A DNA stretch of 64,000 nucleotides from NCBI GenBank assembly GCA_051362555.1, contig CM120643.1, positions 6,014,001 to 6,078,000 on the forward strand, given 5' to 3'. Every line of letters starts with the position of its first letter. Position 1 is the stretch's first letter. The notes below the pieces were generated by a model. The model was not told the origin of the DNA. It did not search any database and saw nothing but the letters and a program-made list of their open reading frames with translations. Made by a program: the position numbers and the translations under genes. This stretch comes from Lingula anatina. Lineage: Eukaryota > Animalia > Brachiopoda. Positions 12,183 through 25,600 of the stretch are shown here, in pieces.

Positions 12183-13435
12183 GTAAAAAAATATAATTTA
12201 ATATAATTTTTTCAAGTATGATGAAAATGATTTTCTTATCCCACATTTGTAATTTACAGTTCATGCAACAACTTCCGGTGATTAGACAAGAAATTATCTA
12301 TTTCATGCTCGAATACTGTTGTCTTTATGTGAAGATTTATTACTCCATGTCCATACTCCTCCAAATTATTCCTTGCAGCATTTGCCTTGTTACTGATAGT
12401 ACATACTGAACCTAAGATGTTAATTTCTCTTTCTGCTGTTTAATTTTTTTTCATATGAGATATATAACATGCTTTGTTTTTTAGGTAATTGAGTTATCTG
12501 GATATTATGATTAGCAACAGTGTTAAGAAGGTAACAATTATAAGAAAGTGCAATAAAATGACAACATTAAATGTCACTTGTGAAAAACGCCAAGTAGCTG
12601 AATATGCTTTAAAGAAAGAACTTTAAATTATTTTTAGCCATTAGCCCAAAGACAAAGAATAAAAATTGAGCCTGAAGAGAGAAGACATGTACCCTGACCA
12701 CATGACCACATGACTCCTCAGTGGTTCAAAGGCAGTTTTCTGTGCAGAATGTTTTCACCTTCACAACACAGTGTCCACACTGTGCACTCCTACAAGATAC
12801 AGTCCTTCAACTTATGAAATATGGAGATGGTGATGGGTTTGTAGAACAAACTGTTGAACAACTCAGGATTCATATCTCATTTTTTGGTAGCCTTTATTTC
12901 ACATCATACGTACAGGTAAGACAAGTAACAGTGTACGGTGTATGATGTATGGTGAAACTAAAATTTAATGAAAAAAAAACACAATGAATAAAAATAAAAA
13001 TGATAATACTAACAATGGAGTAGGCCTACAATTAATGGTGAAGGCACAATTTATGATTCTATAATGATTCTATAAAGTAAAGGCACAATTTATGATTCTA
13101 TAATGAACAAATAAATATTTAAATAATAATAACTTACTCGAATTGCAGCCACATAAACTTGGGGATAATCCTGATGTTCACAAAAAAAAAAAAAAATGTA
13201 TACATATACAATGGGCTTGCAAGAGGGTAAAGAGGACAATGCTGGTATGTGGCATGCTGCCTATAGAGCATACATTTTTTTTTAAATCTTTTTTTTTTCT
13301 AAATCTGTGTGTTTTGTATCAAGAAGTTTTGGAGTATCATGGAGAAGACAGAGTATCATTGAATGTGGTAACCAATTAGATGGAATATTTTTCAGACCAT
13401 ACTCATACTTTAATTGAATTCTTTTATTTTTTCAG

Positions 13436-14325
13436 AAAGCCAAAAGAAGGATGAAGGTGCTGCAGATCCTTTCAGCCCAAGGGTGGCAGACTGAGGTGAT
13501 CCTGCCAGCCCAAGGGTGGCAGACTGAGGTGATCCTGTCAGCCCAAGGGTGGCAGACTGAGGTGATCCTGCCAGCCCAAGGGTGGCAGACTGAGGTGATC
13601 CTGTCAGCCCAAGGGTGGCAGACTGAGGTGATCCTGTCAGCCCAAGGGTGGCAGACTGAGGTGATCCTGTCAGCCCAAGGGTGGTAGACTGAGGTGATCC
13701 TGTCAGCCCAAGGGTGGCAGACTGAGGTGCAGCATGCACAAATCAAGAGTGCCATTGATATCAAGTACACATCTAGCGATGAAGAGTGTGATGAAGGATT
13801 CGTCACACACACCCCATCCTGGCAAAGTGACAAATTTGCCCAGGTTAAACGTACCTTAGGTTTTATTGAAAACAGCCCATACAAGAGCAGAAGGTTGCTG
13901 CAAAATAGGAAGATTGGAGCAACTCGCATCAAATCTGTCCCTGATTGTCCAAAGGGCAGGTGGCTGAAAAAGTTTTTGTAGAGCCCTGGTTGAAATACCC
14001 ATCACCAGTAATAGGTGTATTATCCTCCATTATTTTTGAATCCCCTCGTCTAATTTAGTGAAACAAAACTCCACAGGGGCAACCAATTTTTGCGTAAAGC
14101 TCACGGGGCAGCTGTTCAGCAGAAGAGGAAATGACTGACCCTACCAAGAACGTGGAAGGCTCAAGCAGAGGGACCGACAAGCAGGGGCCTATGGACAAAG
14201 CTTGGGTAGAATTTATTCAGAAAGCAGTTTACCGGTTCTTTCCCAAACAACATAGACTGACCAGGAAAATTGTGACCACCATGAACACAGCTGATAAAAA
14301 TTTGCGAGCTTGTAATAAAAATTAG
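13436..14325 (+). pseudogene. BEN-domain gene fragment (terminal exon), includes the 33-bp repeat
   Basis: Splice acceptor at 13435. C-terminal FCVKLTGQLFS...MTDPTKNVEGSSRGTDKQGPMDKAWVEFIQKAVYRFFP...MNTADKNLR fits a BEN domain. Frameshifts and stops. Confidence 0.55.
13464..13730. repeat. 33-bp minisatellite, ~8 copies
   Basis: Unit gatcctgtcagcccaagggtggcagactgaggt in direct tandem with no spacers. Confidence 0.95.
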
Positions 14326-14739
14326 TGTAAAGTTTCTGTTATAGTGACAAATAACGACGGTCTCGTGATCCAATTGGCAATTCTAGGCTGGTTATATCAG
14401 CTATGGGTTACTCTGTTGGGGGTGTACATTCACATGCTCTATACCCTGCTGGTGCTGGCAAGTCAAATGTTAATTTTTGTGTCTCTTACAAACCTGCTGG
14501 TCAGGGAAGTGAGGGGAAAACGGAAGTGACTGACAAAGCTGGTTGCTGGTGGAGGGAGAAGACGGGGACCACCTTTCGTTCTAGGGGCAATGGCTGAAGA
14601 TACGCTTAACAGGAAGAGGGCGCTGAGAGTTCATTAATAGGGGGAGTAAACACCACTGAACAAAGATCGCAGACGAAAATGTCTTCCCCCAGAACAGAAC
14701 CAAACGTGACCCAATTAAGTATAGTTTCATCCTTTGTTA

Positions 14740-16053
14740 CTATAAATTAAAGCTGGCAATATCTAAGTTAAGGCAAAAATTGACATTGACGCTGAAGCTT
14801 CAGTTTTGTCATCAAAAATTTACAAAAAGTTGCAAAATCCTCCCAAAAAACTTGGTGATTGTCAAATGCAGTTAGCCAGTGAAAAATCAAAAATCCCTGG
14901 TTTTGTGGTGTCACCAATTTGTATGTGGCACCCATTTAAGATCAAATGTTACTGGGTCATGATATCCTACAATTTCCTGGGACAGTACTTGATTCAAAAG
15001 ATCCAAGCTCTTGTTATTGATCACCATAAAGTCCCAATTCAATCCCAAACAGCAGGCAATAATCCCACCATTGCTCAGGTAAGTCTGAGTAGGGGTATCA
15101 CGGTCCCTCCTAGATCTGTATCTCAGGTCTCTTGTAATATTAAAGCACGTGTAGAAAATTATTACATTGAATTGACAGAGGAAACTGTGTTGATCCCTCG
15201 TAGTATTCAGACTGCCTGTTCTAACCTGGTGATATGCACTGTCAATTCCATAGATTCTTTCAGAAAATTTAAAAGGGGACAGATTATTGCTAGAGCCATA
15301 GAATTTGATCAAATCTTATACGAGATACCCCAAGGTTCTGTTTCTGAAAATTCTACCACCAACCAGACCTGTGACGTGTGCTCTTCTGAGGCAAAGTTTG
15401 ATCTAAGGGGTAAGTGTAATAACACCAGCATGAACTTGATACAGGTAATGCCAATTAAACAACACATGCACTATACACCTGCTTGTTTTGTCAATGAAGA
15501 AGAAGAACATCTAAATAAAATGTTAAAGGCTGGAGTTATTCAAGAATCCACATCTGATTGGGTGTCAGCTCCTGTTTTGATCAGAAAACGTGATGGTAGT
15601 GTACGGTGGTGTATTGATTATTGTGCACTAAACAATGTGACAGTGAAAGACACATTCCCTCTTCCCCTTATGGAAGATTGTCTCGACACTTTGGCAGGAA
15701 ATACTTGGTTCTCTAAAATTGATGCCAACTCTGCTTGTTGGCAGGTTAAAAACAAAACTGCATTTGTGACAAAACATGGTCTATTTGAACATCCTAAAAT
15801 GGGGTTTGGGCTCACAAATGCCCCTGCAACCTTTTCCAGGGTTGTCAATCTGTTAATGATGGGTCTCACTTGGAAGATAGTCCTGGATGATATTCTGGTC
15901 ATGGAAAAGTCTTTTACTGATCATGTCACCAATCTGACAGAAAACCTTAGAGAGATTATGAAAATATGGGATAAAGGTCAAGGCAAGAAAATGTTTATTT
16001 TTTTCAGAAAGAAGTTAAATTTTTGGGGAGGGTGGTCTCCAACAATGAGTTGA
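14740..16053 (+). mobile_element. Decayed Ty3/Gypsy pol fragment (protease-RT)
   Basis: KMLKAGVIQESTSDWVSAPVLIRKRDGSVRWCIDY, DTFPLPLMEDCLD, KTAFVTKHGLFE, MGFGLTNAPATF, LDDILV. Internal deletions. Confidence 0.9.
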
Positions 16054-16205
16054 GACAAGTAAACTATTGTCCTCACTCTCTGACATACAAGTGGTGTTTA
16101 ATTCTGAATACTAAGTCCCGTATTATAATATTGCCCTATTGGAATGGTCCGTATGATAATCATATTTTTGGTTGGTTTTAATGCCATTTCATTTTGAATT
16201 GTCAG

Positions 16206-17580
16206 GTGGGAAGCACCAAAAAGGCAGCAAGGAAGAGAGTTTGTAGCTGAAATAAATACAGAGGTTTGCCGCTCCCTCAGCATAGAGAGGTCTGTGACAA
16301 GTGCCTATCATCCTCAGACCAATGGTCTGGATGAGAGGACAAATCAGACACTGAAGACTCGATTGAGCAAGCTCATTAATGAACACCAGAATGACTGGGA
16401 TACTTATTTGGAGGATGTGGCAATCAGGACACAAAAGCAAGCATCCACAAAGTTCACCCCTTTTTTCTAATGTTTGTGAGGCACCCTAGGTCTCTGAGAG
16501 AGGTAATTCTAGATTTAAAATTTTAATGATTAAGTAGACAACATAAATTTTGGAACATTTTATTATTATTTTCTGACATCTCAGTAATAGGTTTGTTACA
16601 TCACTGAAACTGTGTTTGAAAAGCAGTCTATGTGTAGCCAAAATGTGTAATAGATATGATATGCTTTGGTCTTGGCATTTATATCAAACCTATTTAATCT
16701 TTTAAATCATGCAGACCTCTTTTAGATTATTAGTTATTTCTATATATGCTTAAATGGCTGCACTACAAATATTTTATTTACCTATTTTTCATTCTTCTGA
16801 TTATTTTACTTAACAGGCTGTCTGCTAGTCATGATACTGATCTTGTCTTTACCTTAAATGAAGTGGGAAGCATGAAACATTACTCCTGTGTTCACAAAAA
16901 TAACATGATTAATTTTAAAGAGGTTTTCTAATTTCAATTGTGATTTCCATTTTTAGATGAATGCCAAAGATGGTGAAAGTATTGAAGCCATTTCTGTAAA
17001 TGATGAAGTTCTAGAAGACATGGTCAACCACAGAGAGGCACTGCTAGATGTCACCAATAAAGTTGTAAGTACAAAGACACACATAATGCGCTTCATTAAG
17101 GGTTCTAGCATGTTACAGTTGTATCAAAATTTTCTTTGAATATGAAATACTTTACTTGTTTTATGACTGCCTGTTATATTTGTGTCTCTAATAAGCAACT
17201 GTGCATTCATTACTAGGACATAGTATTTTAATGTACAGACACAGTGTACGTAGCCATCACCTGCCTCTGTCATGGTGCACTTTTTTCATTGTTACTTCAC
17301 TAACCTAAATACTGATATAGCTTTTTGCCTCAAAGTTATTAGTTAATTTGATGCCTGTATATGTGCCATCTTCACTGTCTATATTTTTCTTGTGTTTTTC
17401 TTAGGTACAAGAGAATGTGGAAAAGGCTCAAACAAAACAGAAGGAGAATTTTGCAAAGAGAAAGGCAAATGGCGTCAAATCCTTTGACCTTTCAGTTGGA
17501 GACATGGTCATGAAAAGGGCTATGAAAAACATTGGAAGGAAGGGAGGAAAAATGGAGCATCTGTGGACTGGGCCTTATCG
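16206..17580 (+). pseudogene. Ginger/GIN-type integrase (DNA transposon) fragment with spliceosomal introns
   Basis: Exons 16206-16502 (QGREFV...TSAYHPQTNGLDERTNQTLK...DWDTYL...STKFTPF), 16957-17064 and 17405-17580 (AQTKQKENF...VGDMV...GRKGGKMEHLWTGPY). A Gypsy-like integrase with GT-AG introns is characteristic of Ginger. Confidence 0.8.
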
Positions 17581-18191
17581 GTATGTATTTCTGCCAGAAC
17601 TTTTCTTTTAATGAGTTACTTGCTGCTCTTGATAACACGTGATTTCTGATTTCTAGTACTTCCACCATAATACATGTACATCTTAACACAACAAAACAAT
17701 AATTCAATATCTCAGAAGTAGAGGGGAAGATGTCTCTTGTCCACAGCACAGTGGAGTCTGCACAGCCAATCTACGAGAAGACGACACCATTGGGGACAAG
17801 CTTAACCACTGATGGGGATCGACAGCCGAGCCCAGCTGCATGTGACAATGTTGGAATTTTTTGGGACACATGACACTTTACCAAAGCTCTGAAAAAACAA
17901 ATAGAAAAAGCACCATTTTCTGGTCAAGTGTCTCCAGGAAAAACAAAATACACTAGAGACAAAATGCAAAAATGTTTTGCTCAGTGCATAGCAATATGCG
18001 CTGCTATTCTGAATTTGATGCTTGCTTTAGAGCAAATAAATAAATAAATAAATAAATAAATAAAGCAAATAAAGGGAACATTTAAGTCATAGTTAAGTCA
18101 TGTTGTCGTCTGAGACAACGTCAGTCATTCCATGTTGTCATCTAATGACCGCGTCATTTAAGTCATAGTTAAGTTAGGTTGTCTTTTAGGG

Positions 18192-18310
18192 ACAACGTCA
18201 TGTTTCACCACATCAGTACACCCTAAGTCCAAGTCATCCTTGGCGAAGATGTCTTGAAATTCACCTAACAGTTTCTCCAATTCACGAGTCTGGTCTTCAT
18301 CCAGGTACTT
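18192..18310 (-). pseudogene. Short Gypsy pol fragment (pre-RT), the only minus-strand coding fragment found in the mosaic
   Basis: Reverse strand reads KYLDEDQTRELEKLLGEFQDIFAKDDLDLGCTDVVKHDV. Confidence 0.75.
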
Positions 18311-19335
18311 GGTGCTTCGATTTCAACAAAAAGAAGGGTGTGAGTCCAAAACTACAGCAAAAATGGACTGGACCATAAGAAGTGGTAGATCGAATTTCAG
18401 ACCTAGTATACCGGATACAGCTTAGCCACAAGCATAAACCCAAAGTCGTGCACTACGATAATTTAAAGTTTTATCACTAACCCCAGAGTTCATGGTTTCA
18501 ATCGACACTTGTAGAGTCTCGACTTAGAGACTTACCTGAGTCGTGCGACGTCATGTATTCTGGATTTTCCATTTTCTGTTGTTGTCTCTAATACACCCCC
18601 CTCCCTTACATACCAGCAAAGTTGTTGGGTCAGCTTTTCAGTACCTCTCTCAGTAACTTACTTCTCTCCTTTCCTAGACATGCCAGACTGTCTGTTCTGC
18701 AAACACGGACCGAAGCAACCGCAAGCGCCATGAAAAGAGCTGCCTTAACTGCTATTGCGGGTTGAAATTTGTTGACAACAGAGTGTTGGTGGAACACTAC
18801 AAAAGAAAACATGCTCAGAAGAAGGAAGAGACGAACCCAGCAGGTCATACTATCCCAGAAGAACCTCCACTGCTAGTAGATGTTACACCTGTCGAGGAGG
18901 CATCCCTCATTCAGTCCCCTTCAACCAGCCCCAGGACATCTGAGAGAAAGCTAAAGGTAGGAACACCCCCTGACGAGTACCCAAGTTCCCTAGATGGTGA
19001 AGAAGACCAGCCAAACAGCAAAGTCCCCAGGAGAGCAGTAAAAGAGGGAGAAGTAGAGATGGATATGGTGGCTTTGTTCCAGAGAGTTAGGTGATTGCAC
19101 GAACGAGAGACACGCTACCCTGATGGGAGGCGAGACATAGTTCGAAACTTTTATTTTTAATGAAGAAACTTTTATTTTTAATGAAGAAAAAGAAAACCAA
19201 TAGAGAAAAAGATGAGAAGTTTTACGAATAAAAGGAAGAGAAAAGAAAACGATTAATAAAGTCTTGTTAAACTAAAAACGGGGTCTTATTTTGATTCAGG
19301 AGAATCAAATTTAAAAGGTTGGGGGTAGTGTATAT
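18311..19335 (+). mobile_element. 3' end of a Gypsy element: integrase GPY/F tail, extra ORF, PPT and start of 3' LTR
   Basis: KWTGP*EVVDRISDLVYRIQLSHKHKPKVVHYDNLK (~18360-18480), then ORF 18762-19094, then purine-rich tract aaaaggttgggggtag (19313-19328) followed by tg. Confidence 0.7.
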
Positions 19336-19669
19336 ATATATAACAAAGTCACAGTCAACCTGTCTATCTATAATAGCAGGTTACCAATAGGCCTAACTGT
19401 TAACTCCATCACATTTACAACAACTTATTCATCCCAGTGTTAGCTGACCTTGCAAGGAATTCAGTTTATTGGAATGTATTTCTGAATAAAAAGTTAAGAA
19501 AATTCACTAGTTAACTAAAGACACAAAACAACTGTCACTTTTACTTTAAAACCGTTTTGTCATTATTTTGATAAATTTAGTTACAGTATTGATAAACAAA
19601 GTATCACGTTTTCAATAATTAATATTTTAAATTACAATCTATAAATGCAAGGTTGTGTCATTGACCAAA

Positions 19670-19791
19670 ATACAACGTTGAGTCAACGTGGCTGGATCAA
19701 CATTGATTTTACCTTGAATTTAGGTAGATCAACGGCAATTCAATGTATCAACCTGTTTTCACATTGAACCAAAGCAACTATGCCTGCTGGG
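19670..19791 (+). mobile_element. Second EnSpm/CACTA-like right terminus
   Basis: caacgttgagtcaacg-type repeats ending in tgcctgctggg, related to 4120-4233. Confidence 0.5.
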
Positions 19792-19930
19792 TACTCATTA
19801 CTTCACATTGAACATGTCCACTGTATTTAATGTCACATTTCTATACAAACTAAATATCCTTTCATACAACTCTTGCAGTTTTTTCAAATTTCTAATAAAA
19901 TTCCAACCTTAATTTCTTTCTCTTTCACAG

Positions 19931-21154
19931 ATGGAGACCAAAGAAGTCATTGTAAAAAATGAGGCAACACCACTTAATCAAATGACGGTTACAGATGACA
20001 CAGGCTCAATAACAGTCAATTTGTAGAGAACAGCCACTACATCCCCAGTTAAACCGGGAAGTCGTTTGTCAGTGGAGGGCAACCTCCACTTCAATACATA
20101 TGAAAACCAACTGGTATGCCACGTCAATTCACCAGAAAATGTACAGGTAACCACACATTGAACATCTTTCCTCTTTAACTGTTTTTAAAATAATGCTAAT
20201 AATTTGCTATACTGTTTTTCAAGAAATAATCAACATTATACAAGCATTACAGATTATTCTAATAATTGTCAATTACATTGTTCACTTTTAAAACCAAAGT
20301 CCACACACAGGTCACTAACATATACATATCATGCTTAATTCATAGAAAATCATTATTACTGAGACCACTAAAAACCATTATTAACTTACATATAATAGCT
20401 TTCTATGTTATGATTAAGAATATTTTTACTTATATCATTATTATTCCAGATTCAAGAAAGTGAAATAGAGAAAGCCATCAAGTTATTGGGGATCAGTCAT
20501 GACCAGACAACTCAAGGCTTCCTTTTCTTTACTGAAGAAGAACAAGAATTACATATTTCTTTGGAAGAAGCAAGAAAAATATGGCCACACCCTTCAGAGG
20601 ATGAAATCAGCACAACCCTACCAATGAATATTACATCATGTGCAATAACTGAAGGACAAATGACAGATGTAGCAACACAGGGTAATTGCTGAAATTTTTG
20701 ACTCCCATCATGCCATACCATATACTATTAATACTATAATCAAAATTTATAACTTTCCTTATTTTAATAACTTAATATGAGACGCTAACTGAAACAACAA
20801 TGTAATATGTGCATACATACACAGCTATTGATCCAGTCCTCTGCCTCCTTGGCAGTGCTGTGAAAAAAACTGTTAAAATATACATACAATCCTACATTTT
20901 TTCAAAATGTTCAAACTATGATCATGTACCGCCACATAATGATTTTAAAGCCTCACTCAGAGTTTTCCATTTTTTTATCTTCAATGTTCATTGATATGAC
21001 ACAAACATTATCTTAGCGTATAACAACTGACAGTACCTCTTGTTACTGTTATGCATTTAACTGTAACTTATATTAGCTTTTCATTAATTACACAGATATA
21101 AAACCTTCAGACATAAGCAAGCCCACCATACCAGAGCCAGGTACCTCTGTTTGA
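19931..21154 (+). pseudogene. Spliced OB-fold (RPA/SSB-like) gene fragment, probably TE-borne
   Basis: Exons 19931-20146 (MTVTDDTGSITVNL*RTATTSPVKPGSRLSVEG; tag at the expected Trp), 20450-20681 and 21096-21154 are in frame. Confidence 0.55.
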
Positions 21155-22699
21155 AATAGCATTATGGTAAGCTTGCTTTCTTTTCATTGTAATATAACTG
21201 CTGAATAACACTATATTGCTTCAACTCAAAATCAGCTCTAAGCAAATGAACAAACTGTCTTTTTGGTAAACTTTGCCACAAATTTTTACAGTTTAAAATT
21301 TATTACTTAAGCACATGATCAAATTTGACATGAAATACTTTCATGTGTCAATAATTTCTTATAATTTCTGTTCCTATAATAAAAATATTAACAACAAAAT
21401 TTTCAGTTATATAAATTCGATCCCTTCTATGGTTAAAAATGTTATTTCAAAGATCTTTTTCGTGTCTACTATGGGGTCTCAAACACTCATACTTCTTTTT
21501 TTTTTTTTTCAGCACAAAAAGAAACGGGTTGCTAACTAAAATCAGCACAATCAGTTAATATTTACAGTAGTTTTTTTTTTCTTTTTTATTCTATGAGTCA
21601 TTTATGTAATGCTGATTAATGTATAATATACAAGCTGTACATTATTTTTTTGTCTGATGTTTTTCTCTTCTTTTTTTTTTTTTTTTTTTTTTTTTTTTGT
21701 TAATTATAATTTTGCCTTACTTTAGTTGTAAGTGTACTTTAGATAATGTCTATTACATATGATATTATCTAAAACTCGTTCAGGGTTTTAAGTTTCAATC
21801 AGTACTTCTGCTAATTGTTCAAGATTTTTTTTTATCTAGTTCAGAGTATTAAAATTGCCTTTCTACATTAGTCCACATGTATTGAGGAGTTTCTTGAAGG
21901 TATTTCTTTTAACTAACATTGCAAAAAAAAAATGTTTCATTTCTTTTATTATTATATATCTTAGTTTTATAACTTTTTCATAGTTTAGTTATTGTTATAC
22001 TTTTGATGTTAAAGTAAAATGTGAGTCAGCCTTGCTACTATGTACATATGATATTATCTTAAAGTCATCACAAGTTTTAAGTTTAAATCAGTATTTCTGC
22101 AAATTGTTCAACCTATTTTTCATGTAGTTCAGTATATGAAAATTGCCTTTCCACAGTAGTGCAGTTATTAAAGAGTTTGTTAAAGGCATTTCTTTGATCT
22201 TACAGTGTTAAATATGTAACTTTACATTTTAAGGCAACACATGCAAAATCCATATTCCAAAATCCATTAGCGTATCTACTGATCACAATCTGTGTCCTGC
22301 ATACCCCATGGTGCCACTGAATAAACAAATCACAGATCGTGATCGCTAGATACCACCAGTAGATTTTTTTAAATTTTGCGTGTGAACGAAGCCAAATAGT
22401 TATATATTAGTTTGTTATAGTGTCTTCTTTCTTTATTTTGATATCTTAAAAATAAATGCAATCAAATTACTTCACCCATTAGTCATGTGAGTATTTATCT
22501 ACAGCTAAATTGCCATCATGCTTACACTTTTTCATTTTTAACAGATATAGGACTACTATAAACCTTTCAATTTTCACTTAGCAAAATGCCCAGAGTCTGA
22601 AGCGCAGTTAGTACAACAGCTGAGTCTAAATAAAAAGAGCAGAAAATCCAAAACCAGATTATCTTTTTCATCCTTCTTAAAAAGTTACTGCGACATTAA

Positions 22700-25600
22700 T
22701 TTAAAAACAAGGCAGCAAAGCTGTCAAATGTACAGACAAAAAGCAGGAAATAACTATGCACAAAATAGGCTACTGCCAATTCTGATGCAAAAGTACATAA
22801 TGTTAAACTGCAAATTCAACATCAAATTTTAACAAGACAGCACTGTTCTGACATGGGTTTATTTCCATTTTTAACACTTTTTTAACATAAAACAAAATGA
22901 ACAGTTTACTGCCATTTTTATATGATCAACTAAGAAAATTAATGATATTGGAAAAATATCAATAGAACAGTGTTAAATGTCCAATTTCCTCCATTCTGAG
23001 ATTCTGAACATAGTGGATGATTGAATCTGACAAACTGCAATGATATGAGTTTATTTCCATTTTTGACACTTTATTACACAATACACGATAAAAAGTTTAA
23101 TCATTTTTACATAATCAACTAACAATGTTGTAAAGATGCAGGAAATGTCAAACAAACACTTTTACGTATCTTATTAGTTTAATAATGAGACTGTTAATAT
23201 GCCTAAGAATTGAATCTGAGGAAATGTGAAAAAACAGCACACCTTCTAAAATAATGGCCCGATTATGCTGATTTTCGAACTTGACCTGCATTTTAGTAAG
23301 ATTGACCACTCCTGTGAGTTTAATGGCAATTGGCCTATCGGTTTTTCTTATATTGTGTTTACAGTGTTGCATATATGCTGAAAAATGAAAAAACAGCATA
23401 ACTACTAAAATAGTGGCCCGATCATGCCGATTTTCGAACTTGATCTGCGTTTTAGTAAGATCGATTTTTCCTGTGAGTTTCATGACAACAGGCCTATCGG
23501 TTTTCCTTGAAATGTGTTAACAGTGTTGCATATATGCTGAAAAGTGAAAAAACAGCATAACTTCTACAATAATGGCTCGATCATGCTGATTTTCGAATTA
23601 GACCTGCATTTTATGAATATTCATCAGCTCTGTAAATATACAGCCAAAAAGTAAAATTGACTTCCACTTATCGTGTTTACAATGAAAGTGCACGGCACCA
23701 GTGACAGTGACGGCGACGACAGATGCAGGTGATGGCAATATGTACAGACACATCTGTACATATTTACTGTACTGTTTGAGAACAGTAAGTGACATGGTTT
23801 TTCTTAAATGCTCATCATGGGAGCAGTGTCCAAAACAGATTTTTTTTCAAATTTTGATGCAATATTACATAATGTTTAACAGCATAATGACCATCAATTT
23901 TTAATAATAAAATATTAGCATCATGGATATTCAGAAAATGTGACTAGCAAAGGTCTTCAGGCCCATGGAACTTCAAAGTCACAACTTGAAAATGCCAAAA
24001 TGTAAACAAGACAGCACTGTTCTGAAATGATTTTTTTTTTTTTTTCATTTTTAACAATTTTTTAAACATAAAACAAAATTAACAGGTTACTGCCATTTTT
24101 ATACGATCAACTAAGAAAATTGATGAGATGGGAAAAATATCAATACAACAGTGTTAAATGTCCAATTTCCTCCATTCTGAGATTCTGAACATAGTGAATG
24201 ATTGAATCTGACAAACTGCAATGATATGAGTTTGTTTCCATTTTTGAAACTTTATTACACAATACACAATAACAAGTTTACCATCAGTTTTACATAATCA
24301 ACTAATAATGTTGTAAAGATGCAGGAAATGTCAACCAAACACTTTTACATGTCTTATTAGTTAAACAATGAGACTGTTAACATGCCTAAGAATTGAATCT
24401 GAGGAAATGTGAAACAAGACAGCACTGTTCTGACATGGGTTTATTTCCATTTTTAACTTTTTTAACATAAAACAAAATAAACAGTTTACTGCAATTTTTA
24501 TATGATCAACTAAGATAATTGATGAGATGGGAAAAATATCAATACAATAGTGTTAAATGTCCAATTTCCTCCATTCTGAGATTCTGAACATAGTGAATGA
24601 TTGAATCTGACAAACTGCAATGATATGAGTTTATTTCCATTTTTGACACTTTATTACACAATACACAATTACAAGTTTACCATCATTTTTACATAATCAA
24701 CTAACAATGTTGTAAAGATGCAGGAAATGTCAAACAAACACTTTAATGTATCTTATTAGTAAAATAATAAGACTGTTAACATGCCTAAGAATTGAATCTG
24801 AGGAAATGTGAAAAAACAGCATAACTTCTAAAATAATGGCCCGATTATGCTGATTTTCGAACTCGACCTGCATTTTAGTAAGATTGACCACTCCTGTGAG
24901 TTTAATGGCAATTGGCCTATCGGTTTTTCTTATATTGTGTTTACAGTGTTGCACATATGCTGAAAAAAAGGAAAAAACAGCATAACTATTAAAATAGTGG
25001 CCCGATCATGCCAATTTTCGAACTTGACCTGCGTTTTAGTAAGATTGATTACTCTTGTGAGTTTCATGACAACAGGCCTAACGGTTTTCCTTAAAATGTG
25101 TTTACAGGGTTGCATATATGCTGAAAAGTGATAAAACAGCATAACTTCTACAATAATGGCCCGATCATTCTGATTTTCGAACTTGACCTGCGTTTTATGA
25201 ATATTCATCAGCTCTGTAAATATAAAACCAAAAAATAAAACTGTGTTCCACTTATCGTGTTTACAGTGAAAGTGCACGGCGACGGCATTGCCATCGGCAT
25301 CGGCATCGGCATCGGCATCGGCGACGACAGACGCAGGTGATGGCAATATGTACAGACACATCTGTGTCTGTACATAAAAATAACAAAACAATGTTCTTAT
25401 TTTAGATGTTATTCAACGATCTAAATAATATCAAAATAATGCAATAAAAAAAAGTCACATAAAATATATAGAAACACATAACCTGGCAAGTAGTCATAAT
25501 TCCATTATGTTTATCTTTTTCACAGTGATTCATAACATTGATATATCAATATTACACCAGATGTAAAAATTTTTGGAAACACAAAGATGCCAATAAAAAA

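Noticed and set aside
13464-13730. 33-bp repeat array as a CRISPR array
   Set aside because: Head-to-tail units with no unique spacers, no cas genes, eukaryotic context.
14806-16053. 415-aa ORF as an intact retrotransposon pol gene
   Set aside because: Internal deletions and compensating frameshifts, a degraded YxDD context, no RNase H and no LTR pair.
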